A stretch of DNA of 43,386 nucleotides from Candidatus Hydrogenedentales bacterium (GCA_044344195.1 JBIJDL010000003.1:1-43386); one strand, 5' to 3'. Shown: positions 1 to 9,276, counted from the first letter of the stretch. The notes: generated by a model not told the origin, from the letters alone. A program made the numbers and translations.

Positions 1-27
1 ATCAAGTCTTTGAATTGGAGATGTCAC

Positions 28-1383
28 ATGATGCGTCGTATCGTCTTGTTCGCGTTTGTACTTGGACTTCTCGTTCAGTCCGAAGGACAGCAGCTCGCGT
101 TCTCCGGCGCGGAGGGCTATGGCCGCTTTGCGAAGGGCGGACGCGGGGGCGATGTGTACCACGTGACCCAACTCGGCGATTCCGGCCCTGGCTCGTTGCG
201 CGAGGGTGTGGAGACGGCAAGCGGGCCGCGCACGATCGTGTTTGAGGTATCCGGCACCATCGCGCTGAAGTCCATACTCCGCTTTGAGGGAAAAGGGCTT
301 ACCATCGCGGGCCAGACCGCGCCCGGGGAGGGCATCACCCTTCGCGATTACAACCTCCACCTGCGCGACGCTTCCGACTTCATCATTCGATACATCCGCC
401 TGCGCCTTGGCGATCAGAACAAGAAGGGCGACGAAGCGCCGGACGCCTTGACGGTGGATCGCTGCGAGAACTTCATCCTCGATCATCTCTCGGTGGGGTG
501 GGGCGTGGATGGCAACTGCGACACGCGCGGGTGCAAGGACTACACGATCCAGTGGTCCATTTTCAGCGAGGCCCTCCACGAGAGCATCCACCCCGAGGGA
601 CCCCACGCCATGTGCGCCTCCTTCCGCGGCCCGCTGGGCAACGGTACAATCCACCACAACCTCTTTGCCTCCAGTCGCGACCGCCACCCCACCATCGGCG
701 GCTCGGTGAAAGACCCCCAATGGCTCATCGACTTCCGGAACAACGTCATCTTCAACTGGAGCGGCGCGGCCAACGTCTGCGACAACCAGGTGAACCTGGT
801 GAACAACTACTTCAAGCCGGGCCCCGAAACCAATCGCGAGCGCCAGCCCGTGGCCATGAAGGCCAGCCTGCCCGACAAGGCGAAAGGCTGGATGGGCGGT
901 AACGTCTTCGAGGGGAACGACGACTGGACGAAGGACAACTACAGCGCCATGGATATGAAAACCTGGATCAAGCCCGACTCAGGTTACAAATACGCCGGTA
1001 CGTTGGAAGACTGGAGCGTGGACAAACCCTATGAACTCGGTGAGAACACCCCGGAGACGCAGCCCGCTGAGGACGCGTACGAGAAGGTGCTGGAGAAGTC
1101 GGGAACTTCAATCCAGCGAGACGCCGTGGACACGCGCTTCATCGCCGATCTGCGCCAGGGAAAAGGAAAACTGATCAACTCGCAGGAAGAAGTCGGCGGC
1201 TGGCCGGAATTGAAGGGCGGAGAAGCCCCTGAAGACAAGGATCGCGACGGCATGGCCGACGCCTGGGAGCGCGAGCATTGATTGGACCCGACAGATCCGG
1301 GAGATCGGAACGAAGTGGGCGAGGGCGGATATACGCGACTGGAGGAGTATTTGAGTGGGCTGTGTGCGGGCTTGTCTCAATAG
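28..1383 (+). CDS. Secreted pectate lyase (PL1-like) family protein; in-frame TGA at 1279-1281, homologous reading continues to TAG at 1381-1383
   Basis: Signal peptide; AFSGAEGYGRFAKGGRGGDVYHVT, DSGPGSLR, GPRTIVFEVSGTI, TIAGQTAPGEGITL, DFRNNVIFNW and DRDGMADAWE motifs; GGAG before ATG 28. After the TGA the frame reads LDPTDPGDRNEVGEGGYTRLEEYL, the usual family C-terminus. Confidence 0.85.
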
Positions 1384-1408
1384 TTTCCCGAATCGTGCGA
1401 AAAAGATT

Positions 1409-2254
1409 CTATTCGTGAGATTCCAAGCTGACGATGCTCAGGTTGCGCACCTCCAGCGTTTCGTAACCCCGGCTCGTGTTCGTAATACCGACGACAATCG
1501 CAGAAAGTTGCTTGAAGCGGATTTCATCAGGAACTACAGAAAACCGTTTCCCCTTGGCCTCGATGTAAACTTCCGATCTGGAAATTGAGATGCGCACGTT
1601 GACGGTTTCGTTGTCAGCGAGACCAAACCCACCGGGGAAGATGGTATGTCTATCCCAACCGCAATTGTGCGTTCCATTGAGTTTGTTCCGATTCTGAGAT
1701 GCATCGCTTTGCAGCCCAGTGTGACGTTGTCCGGCATCCCCCGTCAGACGCTTCGGATCCGTGTAGCGGACCCAGATTGAGGTTGCCGTATGTGACTCGT
1801 TGCCGGGTTGCGTATATCGCCGCTCCGGCGAGTCGCCCAAATGCGGGAAGATTCGAAACTGGACACCCTCCCACAGGCCCAGATTTTCCTCCGTCAGCGC
1901 TTCCGGCTCCTTGCCCGTGGGTATACCGACTAGAGAGATTCTATAGTCACCTGTCCCCCAAAGTTCGGTCGCTACTTCATCCACCGATTCATCAAACGAC
2001 GAGCACAAGTCAAACGTGATCAAAGCGGGAAGATCGACTGGGAGGAAGTTGTGTGCGACATGTCCACGGCGTTTCGACACATTTAACAGCAGATCCTGGT
2101 TGCCGCTGTTCAATATCTCTACCGCCTTGCCCGGTTCCTCTTCCGGTCCTCCGAGCAACTTCCATTGCGCGCTGTCTGCCGACTCCAGGGGAACACCGGC
2201 AAATGACGATCCTAGGGTTAACAGAAAAACTCCAATCACTATGCAATGGCGCAT
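1409..2254 (-). CDS. Hypothetical secreted protein (281 aa)
   Basis: Long ORF with N-terminal signal peptide (MRHCIVIGVFLLTLGSSFA) and AGAGG upstream; no family recognised. Confidence 0.6.
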   Translation of the reverse strand: MRHCIVIGVFLLTLGSSFAGVPLESADSAQWKLLGGPEEEPGKAVEILNSGNQDLLLNVSKRRGHVAHNFLPVDLPALITFDLCSSFDESVDEVATELWGTGDYRISLVGIPTGKEPEALTEENLGLWEGVQFRIFPHLGDSPERRYTQPGNESHTATSIWVRYTDPKRLTGDAGQRHTGLQSDASQNRNKLNGTHNCGWDRHTIFPGGFGLADNETVNVRISISRSEVYIEAKGKRFSVVPDEIRFKQLSAIVVGITNTSRGYETLEVRNLSIVSLESHE

Positions 2255-2358
2255 GGCGTATCCTCTGTTTTCTACCTCGGACGACCCTCACTGAAGTTGA
2301 TACATGACCCAGAATCTCAGCACGCCCTGCGCATGGAGGCCGCGTGTGTTTTTATGGC

Positions 2359-2433
2359 TTATTTTCGCGGTATCCCTCTTCGATGTGTTTGATTCAAGAG
2401 TCGGATACACACACTCGAATCGAGGATAAACAT
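2359..2433 (-). pseudogene. vapC: Truncated vapC (PIN toxin) 5' remnant, 24 codons
   Basis: Reads MFILDSSVCIRLLNQTHRRGIPRK*, versus MYLLDSNVCVRYLRNAHAGI in the intact vapC at 3333. It has the same TGATG overlap with the upstream antitoxin. Confidence 0.8.
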
Positions 2434-2837
2434 CAATTGAAGGGCTCGCGCTGCTCAAACTCGCCCTGCTCAGGCCGTAATAGTGGGTCCCCTTGCCATC
2501 CGCCGAAAACGGTTTCGAAATAGCCATCAGGCCACTGATTGCTGGCCTTCTCCTTTTCAATCCCTTCCGTACCCCGACGCGAAATATCGCGACCGAGTGC
2601 CTGGATATCCTCCCGGCTATTCAACTCGATATAGTCGCCCGCTTTGATGGCGTCAACGCCCTTTTGCACTTCCGCCCGCAGTTCTACGAGGTTTTCGCGG
2701 TATTCCACTTCTTCGCGTTCCAGAAGGTGCAACGCCGCCCGGACGACTTCGTTCTCGTCGGGGTAACGGCCCGCCGCCACGCTATCGTGAATGAAGCGCG
2801 CCAGTTCTTCGGGAATGTCTATGGTTCGCGTTGTCAT
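2433..2837 (-). CDS. parD: ParD-family (ribbon-helix-helix) antitoxin with a VapB-like C-terminal extension
   Basis: IDIPEELARFIHDSVAAGRYPDENEVVRAALHLLE...LRAEVQKGVD is ParD/CC2985-like; GGAGGTG SD before ATG 2837; the last ~35 aa match the C-terminus of the 3333-3554 antitoxin. Confidence 0.75.
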   Translation of the reverse strand: MTTRTIDIPEELARFIHDSVAAGRYPDENEVVRAALHLLEREEVEYRENLVELRAEVQKGVDAIKAGDYIELNSREDIQALGRDISRRGTEGIEKEKASNQWPDGYFETVFGGWQGDPLLRPEQGEFEQREPFN

Positions 2838-2876
2838 GGGAAACACCTCCGTGATGCCTTGTCAGCAGAATTGCAG

Positions 2877-2891
2877 ATTTGCGCCGCAAAT
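2877..2891. promoter_or_regulatory. Palindrome ATTTGCG-N-CGCAAAT, candidate autoregulatory operator of the parD-like gene
   Basis: Perfect 7-1-7 inverted repeat about 40 nt upstream of the start, overlapping a TTGCAT -35-like hexamer on the minus strand. Confidence 0.4.
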
Positions 2892-2934
2892 GCAAGGGAG
2901 CAAAAAAGCACCCGACGCAACCGATCCCTACCCC

Positions 2935-3333
2935 CTAAACTTCCCAATCCTCCAGGCGCAGCCCTGTGATACGGGCATACTCGCCGGTGTTGTGCGTCAC
3001 CAGCACGGCATCATGCGCGCGGGCCGTCGCGGCGATGAGGATATCGTGTGGCCCGATGGGCTTGCCTTGCGCCGCAAGATTGGCGCGGATCTGGGCCGCT
3101 TCCTCCGCGCAACGGTCGTCGAAGGGGAGGGATTGAAACGGGCGGAAGAATTTTTTGAGCGTGGTTAAGTTGGATTGCACAGACTGACTGTGGCGTGCGC
3201 CGTAGAGCAGCTCTGCCTTGACGACGCTGCAAAGAACGATTTCACGCGGATCCAGCGCGTGGATCCGCGATACGATACCCGCGTGGGCATTTCGCAAGTA
3301 CCGGACACAGACATTCGAATCGAGCAAGTACAT
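2935..3333 (-). CDS. vapC: VapC PIN-domain toxin
   Basis: MYLLDSNVC, SVVKAELLYGA, IGPHDILIAATA, LVTHNTGEYARITGLRLEDW are conserved PIN motifs. Confidence 0.93.
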   Translation of the reverse strand: MYLLDSNVCVRYLRNAHAGIVSRIHALDPREIVLCSVVKAELLYGARHSQSVQSNLTTLKKFFRPFQSLPFDDRCAEEAAQIRANLAAQGKPIGPHDILIAATARAHDAVLVTHNTGEYARITGLRLEDWEV

Positions 3334-3554
3334 CAGTCGAAACTTTCGCGGACTTCAAACTCGCCCTCATCAGGCAATTCGAAGTCTCCCTGCCAGGCCC
3401 CGGCCAAGTCGAAAAAACCCTCCGGCCACTGGTTGCCGACATCTTTCTCGATGAGGCTCGCGATGTACTTCGAGACCGAAATGTGCTGATGTTGCGCTTT
3501 TTCCTGGAGGCGTTTCGCCATTGTTTCGTTCAGGTAGCAATGAACTTGCGGCAT
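3333..3554 (-). CDS. vapB: VapB-type antitoxin (RHH/CopG-like)
   Basis: Small ORF with TGATG overlap to vapC; RHH-like N-terminus (VHCYLNETMAKRLQEKA...SVSKYIASLI); acidic tail; GGAG before ATG 3554. Confidence 0.85.
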   Translation of the reverse strand: MPQVHCYLNETMAKRLQEKAQHQHISVSKYIASLIEKDVGNQWPEGFFDLAGAWQGDFELPDEGEFEVRESFD

Positions 3555-3570
3555 GGGTCTAATCTCCAAA

Positions 3571-3622
3571 TATATGTGCTATATGTGGATTGAATTATAG
3601 CGCGAATGTTCCGAATTTACAA
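3571..3622 (-). promoter_or_regulatory. Sigma70 promoter of vapBC with downstream direct-repeat operator
   Basis: TTGTAA (3622-3617), 17 nt, TATAAT (3599-3594); TATATGTG direct repeat at 3571-3578 and 3580-3587. Confidence 0.75.
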
Positions 3623-3951
3623 GGGGGAGGCGAGGCGTCGAAAGTGTGAAGGCGTCGAGTGGCACCAGAGTTCTCGGACGTGATGTCGGGACTTGAAAGT
3701 GTTGGAATAGGTTGTCTGGGAACAGGCGCTACTCCTATCAACCCCGCAACGTAGGATCAACCGGGTGACTATGCGCTATGGTACCATAGCGAAAAAGATC
3801 TCTCGGATGCGGTTCCGGCGTATTCAGATGACTCCCATTTCCGTTGAACAGATTGCAGGATTGCTGGACTCCGCTTGGGAGCCGACCGCGGCGCAACGTT
3901 TGGATTGGGGATTCTGATGAAAGTAAAAGACTGTCTGGGATTTTTCTGGTG

Positions 3952-4429
3952 GATGGGAGATGGCCATCGAGAAGTAGCAGGGATTGTTTTTTATGGATAT
4001 AGTCGCTCAATCGATCCATCTATAGATGTTGATTCGTTGAGATTGTTATGGACTTCGCTTCGGGGCGAGATCCAGACGATTATCGAATCGATCCCTGAGC
4101 GCGATACATTTGAAAGTGTGGAAAGTGGCAGCATTATCACTTGCAAAGTGCGTCTCGACTGTTGGCCCAACGACAAGGAGTGGCGCGAAGCTGTAGAAGA
4201 AACCCTTCGAACAATCGCAAACTCGGAAGGTTCAGTTGCTTGGTGTGGGGGAGAGCTCTGCGGTTGGTCACCCGATGAACTGGATCCAAATTTGGGGGGC
4301 GCGTGTGTTTATGCAGGATTCGCTGAAGGCGTAGGATTCTTGTGCGAATCTCCCAACTCGTCGGATGAGTACAAAGACCTTTCCGACGAAAGTCGACTTG
4401 CGCTGCACCGTGTTCTTTGCTCCCGTTGA
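3952..4429 (+). CDS. Hypothetical acidic protein, lower GC; start uncertain (ORF open from 3875)
   Basis: Open frame with protein-like composition (W/C/E/D rich); codon usage differs from the core genes. Confidence 0.5.
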
Positions 4430-4618
4430 AGGTTCTGCTATTCCTCTACGTTGAAAATAGAGTACAGCTTTGAAGAACGGAACAGCCGTTCACGATGCTT
4501 CACGTCACCCATAGCGGATGAAAATAGGGTTACTACGCAACCAGTCACATCCGAGATCCGCCTGCGGCGGAGGCCACATTCTTTGCGAACGCTACTATTG
4601 AGATCGCAGGCAACTGCG

Positions 4619-4804
4619 CAAGGCTGGGAGCGCAGGCGTCTCGCCTGCAATGCGCCGAAGGCGCATGCCACGACTTCACGAACGTGAAGGTTTTCGAACC
4701 CAAGCCATCTTGCTACCTGTAATGGCCAACGTGAGCTTCTCGCGAGCGGTTCCATACACCTGCGGTGCATGGTGCAGGCGGGGACGCCTGCGCTCCCAGC
4801 CTTG
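4619..4804. repeat. REP/REPIN-like inverted repeat pair
   Basis: caaggctgggagcgcaggcgtctcgcctgca (4619-4649) is inverted as tgcaggcggggacgcctgcgctcccagccttg (4773-4804). Each arm has an internal GCAGGCG/CGCCTGC hairpin. Confidence 0.8.
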
Positions 4805-4872
4805 TACGACTCGTTTGTAGTGTCAAATCGTGATGAGAATACGGGTGTCAGCGCAATTCAGTTGAATGCAGA

Positions 4873-5946
4873 CTACCGAATTTCCAGCATCCGGTCGATG
4901 GGCTTCCGGGCCGCCTGGATGATGGCCTCGTCGAGCTCGACTTTGTACTGGATCTTCTGCAGCGCTTCCAGCGTGTCTTCGAGGCTGATCTGGTTCATGT
5001 GTTTGCAGCGGAGGTTGCAGCTTCGGATCATCTCGCGGTGGGGGAATTGGCCGGCCAGGTTGTCGCCCATGCTGCACTCGGTGAGGAGGGCGTATTGGGG
5101 GGCGTCGACCGTTTCCACATAGTCCACCATAACCTTGGTGCTGCCGGCGATGTCGGACATCGCGATGACTTCGGGGCTGCACTCCGGGTGGGCTAGGATG
5201 ACCGCCTGGGGGAACTGGCGGCGGATGTTTTCCACGTCCTGGGGAGTGAAGAGCTCGTGAACTTCGCAGCGCACGTCCCAGCCGAGGACGGCGGGCGTGT
5301 TCGCGTCAATCTGGGCGACCAGTTCGTCGTTGAGGGCGGGGGCATAGGCCATGCCGACTTCGGCGGCGGAGTTGCGGGCGAGGTATTCGTCGGGCAGGAA
5401 GATGACGCGCTTGTGGCCCAGGGCCAGCAGGTGCTTCAGCACCTGGCCGGCGTTGCCGGAGGTGCAGCAGTAGTCGGACTCGGCTTTCACATCGGCGTAA
5501 GTGTTGACATAGCTGACGACGGGCGCGCCGGGGTACTTGAGCTTGAGCGCGCGGACGTCGCTGGCTTTGATGCCGGAAGCGAGGGAGCAGCCGGCCTTGT
5601 TGGAGGGCACGAGGACGGTCTTGCCGGGGTTGAGTACTTTGGCGGTCTCGCCCATGAACCACACGCCGCAGAATACGATTATGTCGGCGTCGGTCTTGGC
5701 GGAGATGGCCGAAAGCTGGAGTGAATCACCCACGAAGTCGGGCACGGAGTGGTAGAGGGCGGGTTCCATGTAGTTGTGCCCGAGGATGACCGCGTTCATC
5801 TCTTTCTTGAGGAGATTGATCTGGTGGGCGATTTCGGCCTTGAGGTCGATCTCGAATTCGGGCATGACCATGTGCAGCTTTTCATGAAGCTGCTGGCGGA
5901 GCTCGTCGAGCGATGTGCTGTAATCAAGGGCGTTCGCGTTGGTCAT
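4873..5946 (-). CDS. nadA: Quinolinate synthase
   Basis: ILGHNYM, DFVGDSLQL, IVFCGVWFMGETAK, AGCSLA, YVNT, CEVH, AHPEC, CKHMNQISL motifs; GAGG SD before ATG 5946. Confidence 0.96.
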   Translation of the reverse strand: MTNANALDYSTSLDELRQQLHEKLHMVMPEFEIDLKAEIAHQINLLKKEMNAVILGHNYMEPALYHSVPDFVGDSLQLSAISAKTDADIIVFCGVWFMGETAKVLNPGKTVLVPSNKAGCSLASGIKASDVRALKLKYPGAPVVSYVNTYADVKAESDYCCTSGNAGQVLKHLLALGHKRVIFLPDEYLARNSAAEVGMAYAPALNDELVAQIDANTPAVLGWDVRCEVHELFTPQDVENIRRQFPQAVILAHPECSPEVIAMSDIAGSTKVMVDYVETVDAPQYALLTECSMGDNLAGQFPHREMIRSCNLRCKHMNQISLEDTLEALQKIQYKVELDEAIIQAARKPIDRMLEIR

Positions 5947-6081
5947 GGTGGCGTTAATTCCTCGCCTCGGGCGTTCAACCTGGGTAGGCCCCTTCGGGCC
6001 TTGGCTCCACTTCAATTTTACCACTTCGGCTGTTACACTTCCCCTCTCGAAGGGAGAGGGAGCGGGCCAAGAGGCATCGGG

Positions 6082-6128
6082 GTGATAATTAACTCAAAAT
6101 GGTATCACAGGGTCTGATTACACTACAA
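6082..6128 (-). promoter_or_regulatory. Candidate nadA promoter overlapped by an inverted repeat
   Basis: TTGTAG (6128-6123), 18 nt, TACCAT (6104-6099) preceded by TGn; GTGATA-N15-TATCAC at 6082-6108. Confidence 0.45.
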
Positions 6129-6212
6129 ACGGGGCGCGATTCTATTCCGAATCGGGAGACTTTTCTCGGGAAGGTTCCGGCGGCAACTTCACGGGCTGGG
6201 CCCATGCCGGGT

Positions 6213-6671
6213 TCAGGTTTCTTCCGTGGTCACTGGGGCGGTATCGCCTTCGATTGCGGAATGGACCGCGTGCCACGCGAGGGTGGCGCACTTGATGCGC
6301 ACGGGGAACTCACGCACCCCCGCAAAGACCTGGAGTTTACCGAGAGTTTCTTCGTCCAGTGGAGCGTCGGGCCGGCTGGTGATCATGGTGTGGAAACGGT
6401 GGAAGAGCTCTTCCGCTTCGGCGCGGGTTTTACCCTTGAGCACGGTGGTCATGACCGAGGCGGAGGACTTGGAAATGGCGCAACCGGAGCCTTCAAAGGC
6501 GATTTCCTGGATTACTTCGCCGTCCAGCTTGATATGGACGGTGAAATGGTCGCCGCACAGGGGATTGAAGCCCTCGACGCTCTTGTCGGCGTCGGCCAGC
6601 TTCTTAAAATTGCGGGGGTTCCTGTTGTGATCCAGGATAACCTGCTCATACAGGGCGCGGGACTCGGACAT
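6213..6671 (-). CDS. sufU: SUF system sulfur-transfer/scaffold protein SufU
   Basis: LYEQVILDH, NPLCGD, GSGCAISKSSAS, FPVRIKCATLAWH. Confidence 0.96.
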   Translation of the reverse strand: MSESRALYEQVILDHNRNPRNFKKLADADKSVEGFNPLCGDHFTVHIKLDGEVIQEIAFEGSGCAISKSSASVMTTVLKGKTRAEAEELFHRFHTMITSRPDAPLDEETLGKLQVFAGVREFPVRIKCATLAWHAVHSAIEGDTAPVTTEET

Positions 6672-7942
6672 CAGCCAAATACTTTCTTCACTTCGTTGAG
6701 CGCGTTCACGAGGGCGTCGATTTCATCCCGCGTGTTGTAGACAGCCAGTGAGGCGCGGGCGGTGGCGGCCACGCCGAAGCGCTGCATCACCGGCTGGGCG
6801 CAATGATGTCCGGCGCGGATGGCCACGGCGTTGTCGTCCAGAATCTGGCCGATGTCGTGGGGGTGGGCGCAGTCCATGGTGAAGGAGAGCACGCCCGCTT
6901 TTCGCGCCGCGGTGCCCACGAGGTGGACGCCTTCGACCTGTTCCAGGGCCTGGGTGCCATAGTCGAGGAGCGCGGCTTCATACTCGGCGATTTTATCGAT
7001 GCCGATGCTATTGATATAGTCCACCGCCGCGCCCATGGCGATGACACCTTCGATGTGGGGCGTGCCCGCTTCGAACTTGTAGGGCAGGTGGTTGTAGGTC
7101 GTTTTTTCAAAAGTGACGGAAAGGATCATATCGCCGCCGCCCTGCCAGGGGGGCATGGACTCCAGATGCTTCGCCTTGGCATAGAGCACGCCCATGCCCG
7201 TCGGGCCGTACATCTTGTGGGCGGAGCAGGCGAAGAAATCCACATCGAGTTTGGACACATCGACGGCCATGTGGGGCACGCTCTGCGCGCCGTCCAGCAT
7301 TACGGGGACGCCCATGGCATGGGCCTTGGCGATGATTTCCTCGATGGGGTTGATGGTGCCGAGGGCGTTGGAGACGTGGACTACGGAAACGATCTTCGTG
7401 CGCTCGTTCAAAAGCGCATCGAACTCTTCCATGATCAGTTCGCCCGCATCATTGATGGGGACGACCTTGAGCACGGCACCCGTCTCCTGGCAGAGCATCT
7501 GCCAGGGTACGATGTTGGAGTGGTGCTCCATGTGGGTGATGAGGATCTCGTCGCCCTTGCCGATGTGCTTGCGGCCATAAGTCTGGGCCACGATATTGAT
7601 GGCCTCGGTCGTGCCTCGGGTAAAGACGATCTCGCAAGAGACGTGACTACCGATGAACTTCGCAATCTTCTTGCGCGCCTGCTCGTAGGCGTCCGTGGCG
7701 ACCTGGCTGAGGTGGTGCACGCCGCGATGTACGTTGGCATTTTTCGTGTAGTAGTAGTCCGAAATCGACTCGACCACCTGACGCGGTGTCTGGGACGTGG
7801 CCGCGTTGTCCAGATAGACGAGGGGCTTTCCCCGCTGGACCAGCCCGAGGATGGGAAAGTCAGCGCGGATCCGCTCGACGTCGATGGCGCGCGCCAGTTC
7901 GTCGAGGCGGTCGGTGGTGATGCTAGCTGCGGGGGAAGCCAT
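6671..7942 (-). CDS. sufS: Cysteine desulfurase SufS
   Basis: YLDNAATSQ, NVHRGVH, HKMYGPTG, RAGHHCAQP. Confidence 0.97.
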   Translation of the reverse strand: MASPAASITTDRLDELARAIDVERIRADFPILGLVQRGKPLVYLDNAATSQTPRQVVESISDYYYTKNANVHRGVHHLSQVATDAYEQARKKIAKFIGSHVSCEIVFTRGTTEAINIVAQTYGRKHIGKGDEILITHMEHHSNIVPWQMLCQETGAVLKVVPINDAGELIMEEFDALLNERTKIVSVVHVSNALGTINPIEEIIAKAHAMGVPVMLDGAQSVPHMAVDVSKLDVDFFACSAHKMYGPTGMGVLYAKAKHLESMPPWQGGGDMILSVTFEKTTYNHLPYKFEAGTPHIEGVIAMGAAVDYINSIGIDKIAEYEAALLDYGTQALEQVEGVHLVGTAARKAGVLSFTMDCAHPHDIGQILDDNAVAIRAGHHCAQPVMQRFGVAATARASLAVYNTRDEIDALVNALNEVKKVFG

Positions 7943-7950
7943 GGTACTAC

Positions 7951-9255
7951 CTATTGTTGGGGGCTGTACTTCTTGAAGATGTAATGTTGCAGACGGTCGC
8001 GGAAGGCGTCCGGGCCGATCTCGGCGATGATCTCATCGGCGAAACCGTAGGTCAGCATGCCCCGCGCCGTAGCTTCATCGATCCCGCGGCTGCGGAAGTA
8101 AAAGATGATGGGCTCTGGGTGGGCGCCCACGGTCGCGCCGTGGGTACACTTCACGTCATCGGCATAAATTTCGAGCTGGGGCTTCGTATCGACCGTGGCG
8201 CTGTCCGAAAGGAGCAGGTTGTTGCTCAACTGGTCGGAATCGGTTTTCTGCGCGGCCTGGTCCACGTTCACCTTGCCGGTGAAGACCGATTTGCTGTTGC
8301 CGTCGAGAATGCCCTTGTAGGCGATGCGGCTGTTGCAGTTCGGCACCGTGTGGTGGATGTGGAGCGCGTTGTCGATGAGGCGATCACCGTCGTTCATATA
8401 TAAGCCGTGCAATGCGCACTCCGCGCCGGGTCCGGCGAGGCGGATGCACTGCTGGTTTCGCGTGATCTTGCCCTCCTGGCTCACCACGAGGGAGAAGAGG
8501 CGGCTGTCGCGGTCCTGGTGAAATTCGGTGGTGGACAGGTGATTGCCCGCCACACCTTCCTGGACCGCTTTGTAATATTTCAGGCTCGAATTCGGACCGA
8601 GGGCGATTTCCTCGACGATATTGTTGAGGTAGCTCGATGTCCCGAGGCTGGCATACGTCGCGATGACCGTGGCTTCGCTGCTTTCGTCCAGAACGATTAA
8701 GTTGCGCAATTGGATGGAGCGCTGATCCGCCGCCGTGCTGATGAAGAGCAGGTGAACCGGCGCGTCGAGCACCGTCTTACGGGGCAGGTAGACCAGAGCG
8801 CCATCTTTCAGACTTGCGGTGTTGAGCGCGGTATAGGCGCTGCGGTTCTGCGCGTGCTGGTTGACATGGGCGCGGGCGATCTCGGAGCCGAGGTTGGCGT
8901 AGAGGCCGCCGAGTATCGCACCTTCGGGCAAGTCCCCGATGGTGGAGAGGGCGCTTGAAAACTGCCCGTCCACAAAGACCGCTTCGTGATAGCCATCACC
9001 GGCAAGGGAGAGTGCGCTCAGTTGCGCCGCATCCACACTGCCGGGCTCGGCCACCGGAGGGAAGTGGTTGTTCGAAATGGCGGCGATATTCGTGTGGCGC
9101 CATTCCTCCAATTTGACATGGGGAAAGTCGCTCGCTTCGAAGGCGGCGCGTCCAGTCTTGCGGATGAGTCCGACCCATTCGGGCTGTCCGTTGACCGGTT
9201 CCCGGGCCAGATCGGCGAGGTACTGATCGTGAATATTGAGGGTAGCTTCAGACAT
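7951..9255 (-). CDS. sufD: Fe-S cluster assembly protein SufD
   Basis: EEWRHT, KPQLEIYADDVKCTHGATVG; operon position. Confidence 0.95.
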   Translation of the reverse strand: MSEATLNIHDQYLADLAREPVNGQPEWVGLIRKTGRAAFEASDFPHVKLEEWRHTNIAAISNNHFPPVAEPGSVDAAQLSALSLAGDGYHEAVFVDGQFSSALSTIGDLPEGAILGGLYANLGSEIARAHVNQHAQNRSAYTALNTASLKDGALVYLPRKTVLDAPVHLLFISTAADQRSIQLRNLIVLDESSEATVIATYASLGTSSYLNNIVEEIALGPNSSLKYYKAVQEGVAGNHLSTTEFHQDRDSRLFSLVVSQEGKITRNQQCIRLAGPGAECALHGLYMNDGDRLIDNALHIHHTVPNCNSRIAYKGILDGNSKSVFTGKVNVDQAAQKTDSDQLSNNLLLSDSATVDTKPQLEIYADDVKCTHGATVGAHPEPIIFYFRSRGIDEATARGMLTYGFADEIIAEIGPDAFRDRLQHYIFKKYSPQQ

Positions 9256-9276
9256 CGTGTGCTCCGTGGGATCCGC

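Noticed and set aside
1279-1281. UGA-to-Gly recoding (genetic code 25) or selenocysteine
   Set aside because: TGA is the normal stop for sufS, sufU, cusB, cusA and vapB, several with TGATG/ATGA coupling. The position corresponds to Gly, not Cys.
2300-2350. Possible DUF559 endonuclease fragment (LHAQGVLRFW)
   Set aside because: Too short to distinguish from chance.
1409-4804. Prophage or integrative element
   Set aside because: No integrase, transposase, tRNA or att-like direct repeats seen; only an accessory patch can be supported.
5947-6212. NAD+-I (nadA motif) riboswitch
   Set aside because: I could not find its conserved core by eye; an Rfam/Infernal scan would be needed.
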